This document shows, piece after piece, positions 9,000 through 19,138 of a stretch of 64,000 nucleotides of DNA. The DNA comes from a virus (lineage: Duplodnaviria > Caudoviricetes). Where the stretch lies: the IMG/VR virus record IMGVR_UViG_3300047576_000027, positions 1 through 64,000 of that record; one strand, 5' to 3'. Within the stretch, counting starts at the first letter, position 1. The number at the start of each line of letters is the position of its first letter. Position numbers and translations under genes: made by a program. A model generated the notes under the pieces. The model made no database searches. It was not told the DNA's origin and saw only the letters and a program-made list of their open reading frames with translations.

Positions 9000-9232
9000 G
9001 GGCGGCTGAAGATGAGTAGGCCGCCCGTCATGATATTTTACAGGTTCCCGTCCGCTAATCCAGCATCGCCGCTCGCGGTGTAGCGCAAATACAATTAAGG
9101 GCGGCGGTGAGCGGGCGGGGGAAGCAATAGTGGCGGATTAGATACCCGCCTCGTAAAGTTCGCCGCCCGCTGGTGAGACCGGGCGGTATTCGGAACCCCG
9201 TTTTTAATCCCGTGTCGGGCGCGGGGTTCCGG
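9000..9232 (+). ncRNA. Putative structured intergenic RNA
   Basis: Several GC-rich stems with G-U pairs in a long intergenic gap (see findings). Confidence 0.45.
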
Positions 9233-9295
9233 TGTTAGTTTTGAAAGGAAATTATGACCATCGCTCAAGGCCGTGAATGCGGAGGAGGTGACAGA

Positions 9296-9511
9296 ATGAA
9301 AGAATGCGCAGGAACAATTGGACGCTTGTTTGGGCATAAATTCGAGACTCTGGAGGTGTCATCGCAACCGCCGGAAGATTTGTCCCCCGTGTTTCGACTG
9401 ATCCAGGATACACGTATAATCTGGGATTCGGAGGGCATCGTGGAAGCGATTGATTCGCTGTCCACCAAGCGAATGATCATCAAGTGCGTCCGTTGTGGGG
9501 AGATTGCGTGA
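9296..9511 (+). CDS. Small phage protein (C...LFGHK...CxRC)
   Basis: GGAGGTG SD before MKECAG; the motif pattern resembles DUF1660-like prophage proteins. Confidence 0.55.
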   Translation: MKECAGTIGRLFGHKFETLEVSSQPPEDLSPVFRLIQDTRIIWDSEGIVEAIDSLSTKRMIIKCVRCGEIA

Positions 9512-10485
9512 CAACAACAGCCGAAATCTTCAACATCAAAAACCCCGAGCATCGGGCTTTTATCCCTGATGGAACATTCATGCTTGCCTATCGGGGTAGT
9601 ATCGCTCACAACATGTACGTTCCCGGCTTTGACCCTAAATCGATTGATGATGTGGACCTGATGGGTGTGGTGATCGGTTCACCAGAGAATTACTTCGGCC
9701 TGCGGGAATGGGGCCAGCGAGGCACGAAAGAAGTAAAACAGCATCAGTACGATTGCGTATTTTACGAAATCCGCAAGATGTTCTCATTGCTGCTTCAGGG
9801 CAATCCCAACGTCCTAAGTATGTTGTGGCTGAGGCCGGAAGATTACCTGTTCAGGACTTCGGCGGCAGACGTAATGATCCGGCATCGGGATCTATTCGCC
9901 GGCAAGCACGTTTACAATGCCTTTGCGGGTTATGCTCATCAGCAGTTGTCAAAGATGGAGACGCGCGAACCGGCTGAAATCCGTGATTATCTGGCACTCA
10001 CTTACGAGGCTAAATTTCGCGGTATTCATCCCAATGAAAAGGGCAATCGAATCGAGTACCCGGACGATTATGATCTTGCATCCGGTGAGGCACGCAATGC
10101 CTCCGCGCATACCGATGACGTGCTCATCACTCACCTTCGTCACTACATGAAGAAAGGCGAGAATCTGGGGTATTTGGGCGACAAACGCAAGCATCTGGTA
10201 TTGGATCACGGTTACGATGCCAAGAACGCCGCGCATTGCATCCGCTTGCTTCGGATGGCCGCTGAATATCTGCGAACCGGCGAATTGATCGTGTTCCGCC
10301 CCGATGCGGCGGAACTTCTTGATATCAAACTGGGAAGATGGAGCCTTGAGCGTATCAAAGCCCATGCGGATGAACTATTCACCGGAATGCGGAGTGCGAG
10401 AGACGCATCCCCCTTGCCCGATGAGCCAGATCGGGACGGAGCGGAAAAACTGCTTGTGAAAATACTACGGGAGAATATTGCATGA
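9508..10485 (+). CDS. Pol-beta superfamily nucleotidyltransferase (RlaP/YcgL/T4 NrdC.11-like)
   Basis: RGSIAH..DDVDLMGV, YEIRK..LLLQGNPNVL, FAGYA..QL, GYDAKNAAHCIRLL, LLDIK.G; GTG start overlaps the upstream TGA. Confidence 0.85.
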   Translation: MTTTAEIFNIKNPEHRAFIPDGTFMLAYRGSIAHNMYVPGFDPKSIDDVDLMGVVIGSPENYFGLREWGQRGTKEVKQHQYDCVFYEIRKMFSLLLQGNPNVLSMLWLRPEDYLFRTSAADVMIRHRDLFAGKHVYNAFAGYAHQQLSKMETREPAEIRDYLALTYEAKFRGIHPNEKGNRIEYPDDYDLASGEARNASAHTDDVLITHLRHYMKKGENLGYLGDKRKHLVLDHGYDAKNAAHCIRLLRMAAEYLRTGELIVFRPDAAELLDIKLGRWSLERIKAHADELFTGMRSARDASPLPDEPDRDGAEKLLVKILRENIA

Positions 10486-11655
10486 CCCCCTCTGACACCA
10501 TCCGCGCCCACGGAGTAAGTGTGAGCCTTGATCCGATGGAAGAGCTCCTGAAGATCGAAAAGCACCGCCTGATCCAGTCCCACGAAGAACAGGTAGCCGA
10601 ACTGAATGCCCACGCTTCCGAACTCGGCAATAAGATCCGGGAGTTGAACGCTCAAATCGAGAGGCAGGCGCTATGGAAGACGTGGGCGAAGCTGGGCCTG
10701 GTGGCTTTGGGGATGGCTTTCCTTTATTTCGCGGTGAGGGATTTGGGGTGCTAAATAACGCCAGAGAGTACGTGTGCGTGACCGTATCCATAGGAGCATT
10801 GATCTTTTGCCTGGCCGCCACTTATCATTCGCCAATGGACCAGGGAGAGGCCGCAATGGCAGTCGTTATAATGGTAGACCCGCTGGGGGACGGGAATATC
10901 CCGGTTGCAGATATAATGGTCAAGCTAAAAGAAGCTGCGCTACGGGATCGAGAGCGGATTTATGATGCCGAGCAACGCGGCTACGAGAGAGGCTTATGAG
11001 AGACCTCTGTTCCTCTGCTAAACAAGGCCGCGTCTGCATAGACGATCTGTGCAGAGCGTGTCCCGATAACACGCTCTGCGGGTTCGATCAGTCGGAATAT
11101 GATGAATTGACGCGGGGGTATGATGACGATGAGCCCGACTATTGCCTGTCGTGTGGGGAATCGCCGTGTCTTTGTGTGCGGTCATGGCCTGTGCGGATGA
11201 GATGCAGAGACAGCAAGGGATGACTGGAAGTTCCGGGCTGCCCGCGACTCACGTGCCAAGCACAAAACGAAGTTGCAACAGGCACAATGATTGCGATGAA
11301 GCGGATAAAGACTACAAAGCGCGGACGGGCGAGCGCTGGAGTACGACCGATTTTCATTGCCACGATGAAGATTGCGAGGACTGCTTTGGCAATTGAAACC
11401 ATCTACGGATTCTTCCCCGGCGGCGATCCGCGCGAGTTCTCACCGGATCACGAGAGCAGTACGGACGAGGAACGTGCACGCCACAAGGCCGACTGTGAGG
11501 CATGGGATCGGGGCGAGAGGCCAACCGTGCCGGTTAGCGGATGGGTGAGCGAGAGTGTCCATGTGACGCGGAGCGCGTACGGGCTGGGAACGTATACGGT
11601 GGATTGGGATGACGAATATGACGACGATGACGACGGAGAACTCGTTGCGGTATGA
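10482..11655 (+). CDS. Five small translationally coupled hypothetical ORFs (two membrane-associated, two Cys-rich, one acidic)
   Basis: ORFs ending at 10754, 10999, 11223, 11396 and 11655 with tight or overlapping junctions. Confidence 0.5.
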
Positions 11656-13145
11656 TCCTCCGCGACTATCAGACCGAAGCCATCGAGGCTACCCGGCATA
11701 AAATTGTCTTCGAGAAGAAGAAGCGCATTATCATTCATTCCGGCACCGGCACCGGCAAGACCGTCATTGGTTCTGAGATCACAAAGTCTGCCGTCGCAAG
11801 GGGCACTGGCGTGTTGTGGCTGGCCCACCGCAAGGAACTGATTAACCAGGGGTACAACAAACTCCTTGAAAACGGGATCGAGTCCAATGTCATCATGGCG
11901 TCTGATCCTCGCCGGAAACCGTGGCTTACCGTATCCATCGCCAGCGTGCCAACGCTGGTAAAGAGGAAAATCAAGCCGCGTGCCGACCTCATCATCGTTG
12001 ACGAGTGCCACCGTGCGCCTGCCGACTCGTATCAGAAGATTCTGGAATGCTATCCCGATGCCGTCGTACTGGGACTGACCGCAACGCCGTGCCGTGCAAA
12101 CAATTCAAAGGGGCTGGGGGATATGTTCGAGGACATGGTATCGTGTCCGTCCGTTGGGGATATGATGCGCCGAATCAACCCCGAAACCGGAACCCCGTAC
12201 CTTGTGCCGGTAACGGTGTATGAACCATATATTCCGAAAACGAAGAAAATAAAGGTCGGGGCGAGCGGTGATTACGAGACGACCGCGCTTTCCCAAATCT
12301 ACAGCAATCCGACTATTGTTGGCTCCATTGTCGATAACTGGCTGAAGTACGGGGCAGGCCGGAGAACGATATTATTCGCGGCGGGGATCGAGGACAGCAA
12401 GGGGTTTGTCGGGAAGTTCAAAGAGAAAGGTGTCCGTGCTGAACACCTTGACGGTACGACGGACCCTGAACTGAGAGATGCTATTCTGCGCAGGCTGGAA
12501 ACCCACGAGACGGAAATTGTGTCTAATGTCGGAGTATTGACCGAGGGATTCGATTCCCCGCCTACTTCGTGTATTATTCTTGCGCGGCCAACAAAGTCAG
12601 TCGGACTTTTTCTCCAGATGTGCGGACGCGCATTGCGCCCGTATAAGGGTAAGTCTGACTGCCTCATTCTGGACCACGCCGGTTGCCACTTTGAGCACGG
12701 CGATGTGGACGAGGATCGCGAATGGGACCTGAATGCCGGGGTGAAGCGGAAAGTTATCGCGGATGATGCCGATACGTCACCGGGCATCGTAACGTGCAGG
12801 CGGTGTGCCCGAAGGTTCCGTTACGGCCCGAAGAAGTGCCCCTCGTGCGGACACGAGAACCCGGTCAAATCGCGCACGGTTCGGGTGGTTGAAGGTGAGA
12901 TGCGCAAGCGGGAAAAGGGCGACGAAACAGAAAAGCGTAAATCCCCCGCACAACTCAGAAATGAGAAAAAATTGAAATCCCGGTACATCGAACTGTTCAA
13001 AATAGCGACTACGACGAAGAAGCGTGACGGGACACCATACAAGCCTGGTTACGCTTCGATACAGTTCCATGCAGAAACAAACTGGTGGCCGCGCAAAGAG
13101 TGGAAAGAAGAGGCGCAACGGATGATCACAGCAGGTGTGGTGTGA
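11652..13145 (+). CDS. DEAD/DEAH-box SF2 helicase (RadD/IRC3-like) with Zn ribbon
   Basis: LRDYQ, TGTGKT, DECH, LTATP, VLTEGFD, QMCGRALR, CRRC..CPSCG. Confidence 0.92.
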   Translation: MILRDYQTEAIEATRHKIVFEKKKRIIIHSGTGTGKTVIGSEITKSAVARGTGVLWLAHRKELINQGYNKLLENGIESNVIMASDPRRKPWLTVSIASVPTLVKRKIKPRADLIIVDECHRAPADSYQKILECYPDAVVLGLTATPCRANNSKGLGDMFEDMVSCPSVGDMMRRINPETGTPYLVPVTVYEPYIPKTKKIKVGASGDYETTALSQIYSNPTIVGSIVDNWLKYGAGRRTILFAAGIEDSKGFVGKFKEKGVRAEHLDGTTDPELRDAILRRLETHETEIVSNVGVLTEGFDSPPTSCIILARPTKSVGLFLQMCGRALRPYKGKSDCLILDHAGCHFEHGDVDEDREWDLNAGVKRKVIADDADTSPGIVTCRRCARRFRYGPKKCPSCGHENPVKSRTVRVVEGEMRKREKGDETEKRKSPAQLRNEKKLKSRYIELFKIATTTKKRDGTPYKPGYASIQFHAETNWWPRKEWKEEAQRMITAGVV

Positions 13146-13579
13146 GAGCCAAGACTCCGGCATCGGCACTCACCGATAATTTCGTTGACGCATTGGGCAA
13201 GCTCTATCCAACAACCCTGATGAACTGGGACACGAAGTTTAACGGGAAAGCCGTCCCGTGGACCTACGTTAAGCAGGCCATGTCCGCGCTGGACCGTGGC
13301 GATATCCAAACAGCGCGTGTATGTCTGATGCGACCGATCACCAATGGCCTGGTCGGGGGGCCGGATATCACTGGAGTGATCGGCCATGCGCCGGGGGCGA
13401 CGGTGGCTCCGGGTACTCTCTGTGGATGGGAAGTCAAAGCCGGAAATGATCAGCAGCGGGATGATCAGATTATCTGTGAGCGAAATTTGAAGCGCCATGG
13501 GGCGATTTATATTCTGGTGGAGTCCGTGGAGCAGGGGATTGGGGATACTAAGAAGTTTGCCGGACCTGGAGAGAAATAG
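13142..13579 (+). CDS. VRR-NUC-like PD-(D/E)XK nuclease
   Basis: GGPDITG...WEVKAG..Q..DQ...GAIYILVES, directly downstream of the helicase. Confidence 0.75.
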   Translation: MRAKTPASALTDNFVDALGKLYPTTLMNWDTKFNGKAVPWTYVKQAMSALDRGDIQTARVCLMRPITNGLVGGPDITGVIGHAPGATVAPGTLCGWEVKAGNDQQRDDQIICERNLKRHGAIYILVESVEQGIGDTKKFAGPGEK

Positions 13580-13855
13580 ATGCGCCAATACACAGAAGAA
13601 GCCCGAACGCGATGGTGGGAACTCCACGCCCGCTACGGTCTTGACGGACCCACCATCGCCAAGCGGTGTGGGGCTGTCAGTTCGACGGTTTCGGCGTATT
13701 TGACAGAGATGCGCAGGCAAAAGGGACTACCGACTCCGAATCGGGATCGTGGGAGCGTTTCCACTGAGCACATACGTGGCGGTGCGGATTTATTCAGGCA
13801 AGCGGTCAAAGCGGCGGCGATCGAGAATATTGCGAAGAAGGCGGGGACGATATGA
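13580..13855 (+). CDS. HTH DNA-binding protein
   Basis: GLDGPTIAKRCGAVSSTVSAYL. Confidence 0.65.
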   Translation: MRQYTEEARTRWWELHARYGLDGPTIAKRCGAVSSTVSAYLTEMRRQKGLPTPNRDRGSVSTEHIRGGADLFRQAVKAAAIENIAKKAGTI

Positions 13856-14606
13856 GTAATCCTGAATACGATCGCGTGCTGGCCCTGCTTCCGAAACTGA
13901 CGAAGTTTCAGCAGAACACGTTTTCGCGGATTTGCATTAATGACGATTCAAATCTTCATAGAAACACGGTTCGCACACTTCAAAAACTTGGCCTGATCGA
14001 TTACGGGCTGGTTAGCGGGGTGTGGCGGGCGGCAGTGTCATCCACGGCCGCGCATATGGCGTGGGCGAAGTGGTGTGGTGATCAGATGGAGGCAATCAAT
14101 GACGATTCATCAGCATGAACTGGAGGTCAGAACCGAAAGCGATATGGTGATTCTTGAACCGCCGCCAGTTCACTCAGTTCGCGGATTTTCAGTTTATTTG
14201 ACGCCGCAACAGGCCATGAAGCTCGGCCACAAATTGATCGGGGCCGGAACGCGGGCACTCCCGCCAACTACGAAGATGGGGAAGGAATAAATGGAGATAG
14301 CTTTTGAGATAGAGAGCGCACTGGATCAGGCAACACTTGAATCCATGCTCAGGAAGCATCCGTGGCCGTTTGTCACCAAATACGACACGAGCCACGAATC
14401 ACTCGCAGAAGTCGAGTCGCGTTACAGGAACCCGTTCCGCGATGCCTGACTACACCGAAGAAATCACCGAATACAGCCGAAAGCGAATCTACCTGATGCT
14501 CCCCGGCATTAAAAGTTGGGACTGGGTGATTGACAGACTCAGGGCCGGACGGGATGTTGTGCTGATTCAGCCGGGTCGGTATCCGTGGAGACGCCGAGGG
14601 CTTTGA
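13852..14606 (+). CDS. Four small hypothetical ORFs
   Basis: 13852-14118, ~14099-14290, ~14291-14449, ~14442-14606, tightly coupled. Confidence 0.45.
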
Positions 14607-14961
14607 GGGCGGCGAGGGCCACTGCCATTTCTTCGGTGTCGGAAATGGCGTATCCCTCGTTTATCGTTATCGCGTGCTCATCTTCGACTGGCCGCCAGAT
14701 GCATGCAGAAATCTGCTTGTCTGACTGCCGACACTGGAGTACGTAAAACCAACCCAATTCCCGCATCCGCTCGCGAAGTTGCTTGGACCAGACGGCGTAA
14801 CTGGAATACTCCAGGGGAACCCACTTATCCCCATCCCAGTCCCAGCGCCAACAACCACTGGCGTGCATGGGCCGCGCGTGCTGATAATCGGTCGGGCTGG
14901 GAACTCCCATGACCTTCTCCGCAATCAGCGCGTCTATCCTGCGGGCTTCTGTGGTTGGCAT
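14539..14961 (-). CDS. Phage ABA-sandwich (BC1872-like) protein
   Basis: RRIDALIAEKVMG...YSS...AVALAALKALG. Confidence 0.7.
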   Translation of the reverse strand: MPTTEARRIDALIAEKVMGVPSPTDYQHARPMHASGCWRWDWDGDKWVPLEYSSYAVWSKQLRERMRELGWFYVLQCRQSDKQISACIWRPVEDEHAITINEGYAISDTEEMAVALAALKALGVSTDTDPAESAQHPVRP

Positions 14962-14969
14962 TTTATCTG

Positions 14970-15039
14970 ATTGTAGCAATATATGTATCGGGAGATTGTC
15001 AAAATATTGTTGACATCCTGCATTCCACTGAACGATACT
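14970..15039. promoter_or_regulatory. Divergent promoters
   Basis: + strand: TTGACA(15010)-18-GATACT. - strand: extended -10 TGcTACAAT, 8 nt before ATG 14961. AT-rich. Confidence 0.6.
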
Positions 15040-15050
15040 GAGGCTTCGAG

Positions 15051-15251
15051 ATGGACGACAGTTTTCCGCCAGCAATCGACAACCGGATAAAATTCATTGG
15101 CACCAGCAGTCTTCGGTTGCATACCGTTGAATCGCTTCGGGATTTGGGCGATCTGATACTCGTGATCCAGGACGGGAGCGGGAACCGGCTGGCGGTTCTG
15201 ACTGGTTACGACACGTTTATGGCATTACAGGCGCGGGCGATGGGGAAATGA
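15051..15251 (+). CDS. Phd/YefM-like small regulator
   Basis: IKFIGTSSLR...ILVI..GNRLAVL.GYDTF..LQ pattern; first gene of its operon. Confidence 0.45.
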   Translation: MDDSFPPAIDNRIKFIGTSSLRLHTVESLRDLGDLILVIQDGSGNRLAVLTGYDTFMALQARAMGK

Positions 15252-15676
15252 TAGAACTGATTTCGATTCTGGCATTCTGGATTGTTATCTCTGCGTTAGT
15301 CCTCTGGTGGGTATTCCGAAAGCCGAAACCGAAGCGGCTAATTGCCAAGCCGATAGTCACGTTCGGGCAACCCTACACGTCACACCAGCACCCGGTTTCA
15401 GGATACGTTTATGCGCCAACCACGACCGTAGATGTCATCCAAGTCGATTCGGGATTCACGGACGGAATGGTGATCGGCATGGCAACGCAGGTTGTGAGTG
15501 ATGCCGCGACAGCGCAGCAATGCGAAACTCCCGCTTTTCACAGTTTCGGAAAGGGCGATAGTGACGGAGGCGGCGCATCTTCAAATTGGGGTGCGCCATC
15601 GTCATCCGATACGTGTTCGTCGGATTCGTCAAGCTACGATAGCGGTTCCAATTGTGACAGCGTGTCGGGGTTCTGA
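15248..15676 (+). CDS. Membrane-anchored protein with Gly/Ser/Asp-rich tail
   Basis: N-terminal TM; tail FGKGDSDGGGASSNW..SSDSSS. Confidence 0.65.
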   Translation: MIELISILAFWIVISALVLWWVFRKPKPKRLIAKPIVTFGQPYTSHQHPVSGYVYAPTTTVDVIQVDSGFTDGMVIGMATQVVSDAATAQQCETPAFHSFGKGDSDGGGASSNWGAPSSSDTCSSDSSSYDSGSNCDSVSGF

Positions 15677-16324
15677 ATGCGCCTCGCCCTACTCTTCTTC
15701 CCCGCCCTGCTGGCAGCGCAACACCTGGCGGAGCCAGTCCCAGCCGTCTCAACCGCCGCCACAGTTCCCGTAGACATCATCATCAACTGGCCCCCGCTGA
15801 AACTGGTCGAGCAAAAATACGGCAGACTCCCCCAGTGGGCAAAGTTCGCGGAAGTAGTTGGATGCAACCGGGGAGACTCGAATATCACCTACACCGTGGG
15901 AGACATGATCGCAGCGATACGGACAGCAGCGGGGATACAGGTATTCAGTCCGCAGGACGCGCTTTCGCTGGTGGGGAATTCGCAGTCAACATCCCGAAAG
16001 AACATCATTACCGGCTGGCTGAAAGCCGGCGCCTCATCAGTTGTTGACGCAAAGGCTATCGGCCTGATCGGGGCGGGTGTCGGGACCGGAGCCGGGATCG
16101 TGGTCGGTGCGGAGTTCATCAACATCATCTTGCCGAACGTCCAGGCGAATCTGACGCTGAAGCAGTTGATAGCGTACCAGGCGGACGGCATCCCCGTCAT
16201 GATGCAGATGCAGGCCGGGAGATGCGCGGGGCCGTATTCGGTTCTTTCGGCGGTTCCAGCTGTGCCCACGAGTCCGACTGCGCCACCCCATACTTATTCA
16301 ATTAACGTTCCAAAGGACAGGTAA
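15677..16324 (+). CDS. Secreted hypothetical protein
   Basis: Signal peptide MRLALLFFPALLAA-Q; glycine-zipper-like segment; two Cys. Confidence 0.65.
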   Translation: MRLALLFFPALLAAQHLAEPVPAVSTAATVPVDIIINWPPLKLVEQKYGRLPQWAKFAEVVGCNRGDSNITYTVGDMIAAIRTAAGIQVFSPQDALSLVGNSQSTSRKNIITGWLKAGASSVVDAKAIGLIGAGVGTGAGIVVGAEFINIILPNVQANLTLKQLIAYQADGIPVMMQMQAGRCAGPYSVLSAVPAVPTSPTAPPHTYSINVPKDR

Positions 16325-16328
16325 AATC

Positions 16329-17005
16329 ATGCAGTGGAAAGAATTTCTTTTGAATCTCGGGATATCCACCGTCACGGCCGCAATGGAGGCACTGATTGTC
16401 ACTACCGGCATCGGGCCTCAGTTTAAGGTCGCCTGCCAGAATGCCCTTGTCGCGTTAGCGGCCGTGGCCACGGCGGCGGAAACTCCGAATCAGTAAAAAC
16501 GTTACGGCCGCTGGTGTTGGTACTGCGGGCGAGTTATGAGCACAATAAATCACACGAAAGCACCGTGGACGGTAGACCCGGAAAATCCGCTGATAGTGAA
16601 CGCTTTGTCCGGGCCGTGCGAAATGGAGATCTGCGAAGTATACGGGACGGACCCGATTGAGATGGCCTATGCGGATGCCCATCTGATCGCGGCCGCGCCA
16701 GACCTCTTGTTTGCGCTGAAAGCTGTATTCGCGTGCTCATCCGGTGATCCGGCCAATACGCAGTCCCATGCCGCTATATACCGAGCCTGCCGCGCGGCAA
16801 TCGACAAGGCTGAGGGACGGTCATGACCTGGGACGAGATTAAGCAACACATCGTAAAGAGGCTGGGACTTGGAATAGTCACGCCAGAACTGGACCGCAGG
16901 TTTGAGCGATTCGCCGCACTCGCCGCGTGTTTGGGCGGCGAGCCGGCAGTCCGCGCACTCGCGACCGCCGTTGTCGCGCAGTGGGAACGGGATGGGCGGC
17001 CGTAG
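16329..17005 (+). CDS. Three small hypothetical ORFs (16329-16496 hydrophobic, 16536-16826, 16823-17005)
   Basis: 16536 has the common phage pattern HT..PW...ADAHLIAAAPDLL.AL...AAIDKAEG. Confidence 0.55.
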
Positions 17006-17010
17006 TTTTA

Positions 17011-17709
17011 ATGAGCCACCCCTTCATCATCTGGTGCCGCCAGCGAACAGGTTCAATATCCCTGTTCTACTCACTTTGTTCGGTGTCTGAGCATTCACCG
17101 GCGGAGATTGAACCGTTTGATTTTGGCAACGTTGGCGACCGGCAGTTTTCCTATGTCGGAAAGCGATTAACTCCGAGTGATCGGGATCGGGAACTTCGGG
17201 CAATTTGTGACGGTCGGATTCTGATAAAGCACTGTTACGAGAATCTTTCGGCAGAGTTCAATCATGCGCTGGCTGAAATTTCAACCCGCGCCGGATACAG
17301 ACATGTTCACCTTCGCCGGAAGGACGAGGTGGCTCGCCTCATTTCGAAGGGCGTAGCGGAGCAGCACGGAACCTGGGGCGCGCATCCGTGGACGCGCGCA
17401 TTGTACGACGAGTGGAGGGCAAAGCGATTGCAATTACCACCGCTGGACATCCCGAGGCTGAGAGAGTATCACGAGCGCTCGGAGTCGAGATGGAACGCAC
17501 TGGCGGGGTTGCTGCGACCCCATGAGGTAACTTTCGAGGAACTGTTCAGCGCGCCTGCGACGGTACTGCCGAGACTGGCGGCTTACATTGGAGTTCCCGA
17601 TACGCTGGTTCCGGTGATGCGAAAAAACCTGGGTACCGGGCAGCGTACCTGGACGATCTGGGATTTGATTCCGAATGTGGAAGAGTTGAGGATCGCAATT
17701 ACCCGATGA
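17011..17709 (+). CDS. Stf0-like sulfotransferase
   Basis: FIIWCRQRTGSISL (5'-PSB loop), EPF, HLRRKDEVARLIS (3'-PB), VTFEEL. Confidence 0.7.
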   Translation: MSHPFIIWCRQRTGSISLFYSLCSVSEHSPAEIEPFDFGNVGDRQFSYVGKRLTPSDRDRELRAICDGRILIKHCYENLSAEFNHALAEISTRAGYRHVHLRRKDEVARLISKGVAEQHGTWGAHPWTRALYDEWRAKRLQLPPLDIPRLREYHERSESRWNALAGLLRPHEVTFEELFSAPATVLPRLAAYIGVPDTLVPVMRKNLGTGQRTWTIWDLIPNVEELRIAITR

Positions 17710-18815
17710 GAACCCCCGACTTCACGAACGAAAGCACCGCCGCTCGCCGGCCTCATCATGCCGCACCTTCGCTGGCATCTGTTCGCGTGATTCTTGCAAG
17801 TGAACTCATGGGCCAGCCGCTTCCGGGGTGCTCCGACGCCGGATTAGCCGTGACCGTGAACGGGACTGCGAGGGTACTCCGCCGCGCCGGGGTCCATGCC
17901 GAAGCGTGGAAGGTGACCGGGGCCGATCAGCTCATGGAGCGGCTGGAAGCAGACAGTTGGCGTGCGGCGCGACCGATAACGCACGTCGTTATCAACAACC
18001 CCCGATTCATTCCGCCGCAAAAGTTCGCGGAAATGGCAGGCAAGCACGCAGATACGGAATTTGTTCAGCTAAACCATTCCGGGCTTGCTTATCTCAGTAT
18101 TGATGATCGCGGGGTACGCAATATCAAGCGCGTGATGGAGATGGAAACAGCCATGCATAACGTGCGCGTGGCAGGCAACAATAAACGATTTACCAAATGG
18201 CTGAACGGAAACTTCGGGTCCGATCATGTCCTCCTGCCGAACCTGTACGATATTGAAACTTTCCGCAACCCGGTCGTAGCGCGCCGGGATTACGATCCGC
18301 TTCGGGTTGGCAGTTTCGGTGCTGGCAGGCCGTGGAAGAATCAACTGGTTGCTGCGGAAGCCGCCCTCACGATGGCCCGACGCCTGGGTGTTCAACTTGA
18401 ACTACACGTGAACACCGGCCACTGGGACACAGATGGCAAGCACAATGAGGCCCGCAAGGAACTTTTTGAGGAATTGCCGGGCTCGCGCATTGTCGAAGTG
18501 AAGTGGGATGCGTGGCCGAAATTCCGGCGCACGGTCGGGTCAATGGACCTGCTGATGTCCCCCTCGTTCGATGAGACGTTCTGCGTGGTATGTGCCGATG
18601 GCATTGCCGAAGGGGTTCCAAGCGTGGTTACGGGCGCGATGGAATGGGCACCGCGTACATGGTGGGCAGATGAACCGTGGGACCAGGCGAGCGTTGCCCA
18701 CGTCGGCATGGCGCTGCTGCACAATCGCGTCGGGGCGATCCACGACGGGCGGCAGGAACTGGCTGATTACGTGGAAACCGGAACCCGTAAGTGGATTGAT
18801 TACCTGTGCGGGTGA
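17706..18815 (+). CDS. GT-B (GT4-like) glycosyltransferase
   Basis: FGAGRPWKNQ...MDLLMSPSFDETFCVVCADGIAEGVPSVV. Confidence 0.85.
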   Translation: MRTPDFTNESTAARRPHHAAPSLASVRVILASELMGQPLPGCSDAGLAVTVNGTARVLRRAGVHAEAWKVTGADQLMERLEADSWRAARPITHVVINNPRFIPPQKFAEMAGKHADTEFVQLNHSGLAYLSIDDRGVRNIKRVMEMETAMHNVRVAGNNKRFTKWLNGNFGSDHVLLPNLYDIETFRNPVVARRDYDPLRVGSFGAGRPWKNQLVAAEAALTMARRLGVQLELHVNTGHWDTDGKHNEARKELFEELPGSRIVEVKWDAWPKFRRTVGSMDLLMSPSFDETFCVVCADGIAEGVPSVVTGAMEWAPRTWWADEPWDQASVAHVGMALLHNRVGAIHDGRQELADYVETGTRKWIDYLCG

Positions 18816-19054
18816 AATGCCAGCCATAAAGATCAGGCTCAACACGGAAAAATCAGATGACCGTCCGTGGTGCATCATCGCTGACGGTGAGGAATATTTG
18901 GCCGATCAGATCGTGGCGCATGTTCCGTCATGGAGCAGCCGGGATGAAGTGTCGCCGGGAAAATTCAGGTGGCATATGAACTATGACGGCTATTTGAGAT
19001 GGGATTCAGATCACGCCGTGGCGTGGATATTTCCGTAAGGATTAACCAAGTTAT

Positions 19055-19138
19055 GGAGGGGAATAAAGCTCGCGCGGGTAAAATTTCCGTGAGTGCTCAC
19101 GCTGGGTGCGTTGAGAACGGCCCGGTAACCCTCCACCA
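19055..19138 (+). ncRNA. Atypical tRNA-like RNA ending in ACCA
   Basis: GGAGGG/CCCTCC terminal stem + A + CCA; two internal hairpins; followed by a T-run. Confidence 0.45.

Noticed and set aside
9000-9030. Hammerhead ribozyme (CTGAAGA core)
   Set aside because: No correctly placed GAAA or three-stem architecture found
9135-9147. 16S rRNA fragment (GGATTAGATACCC)
   Set aside because: Only 13 nt match and the flanks are not rRNA-like; noted only as part of the structured element
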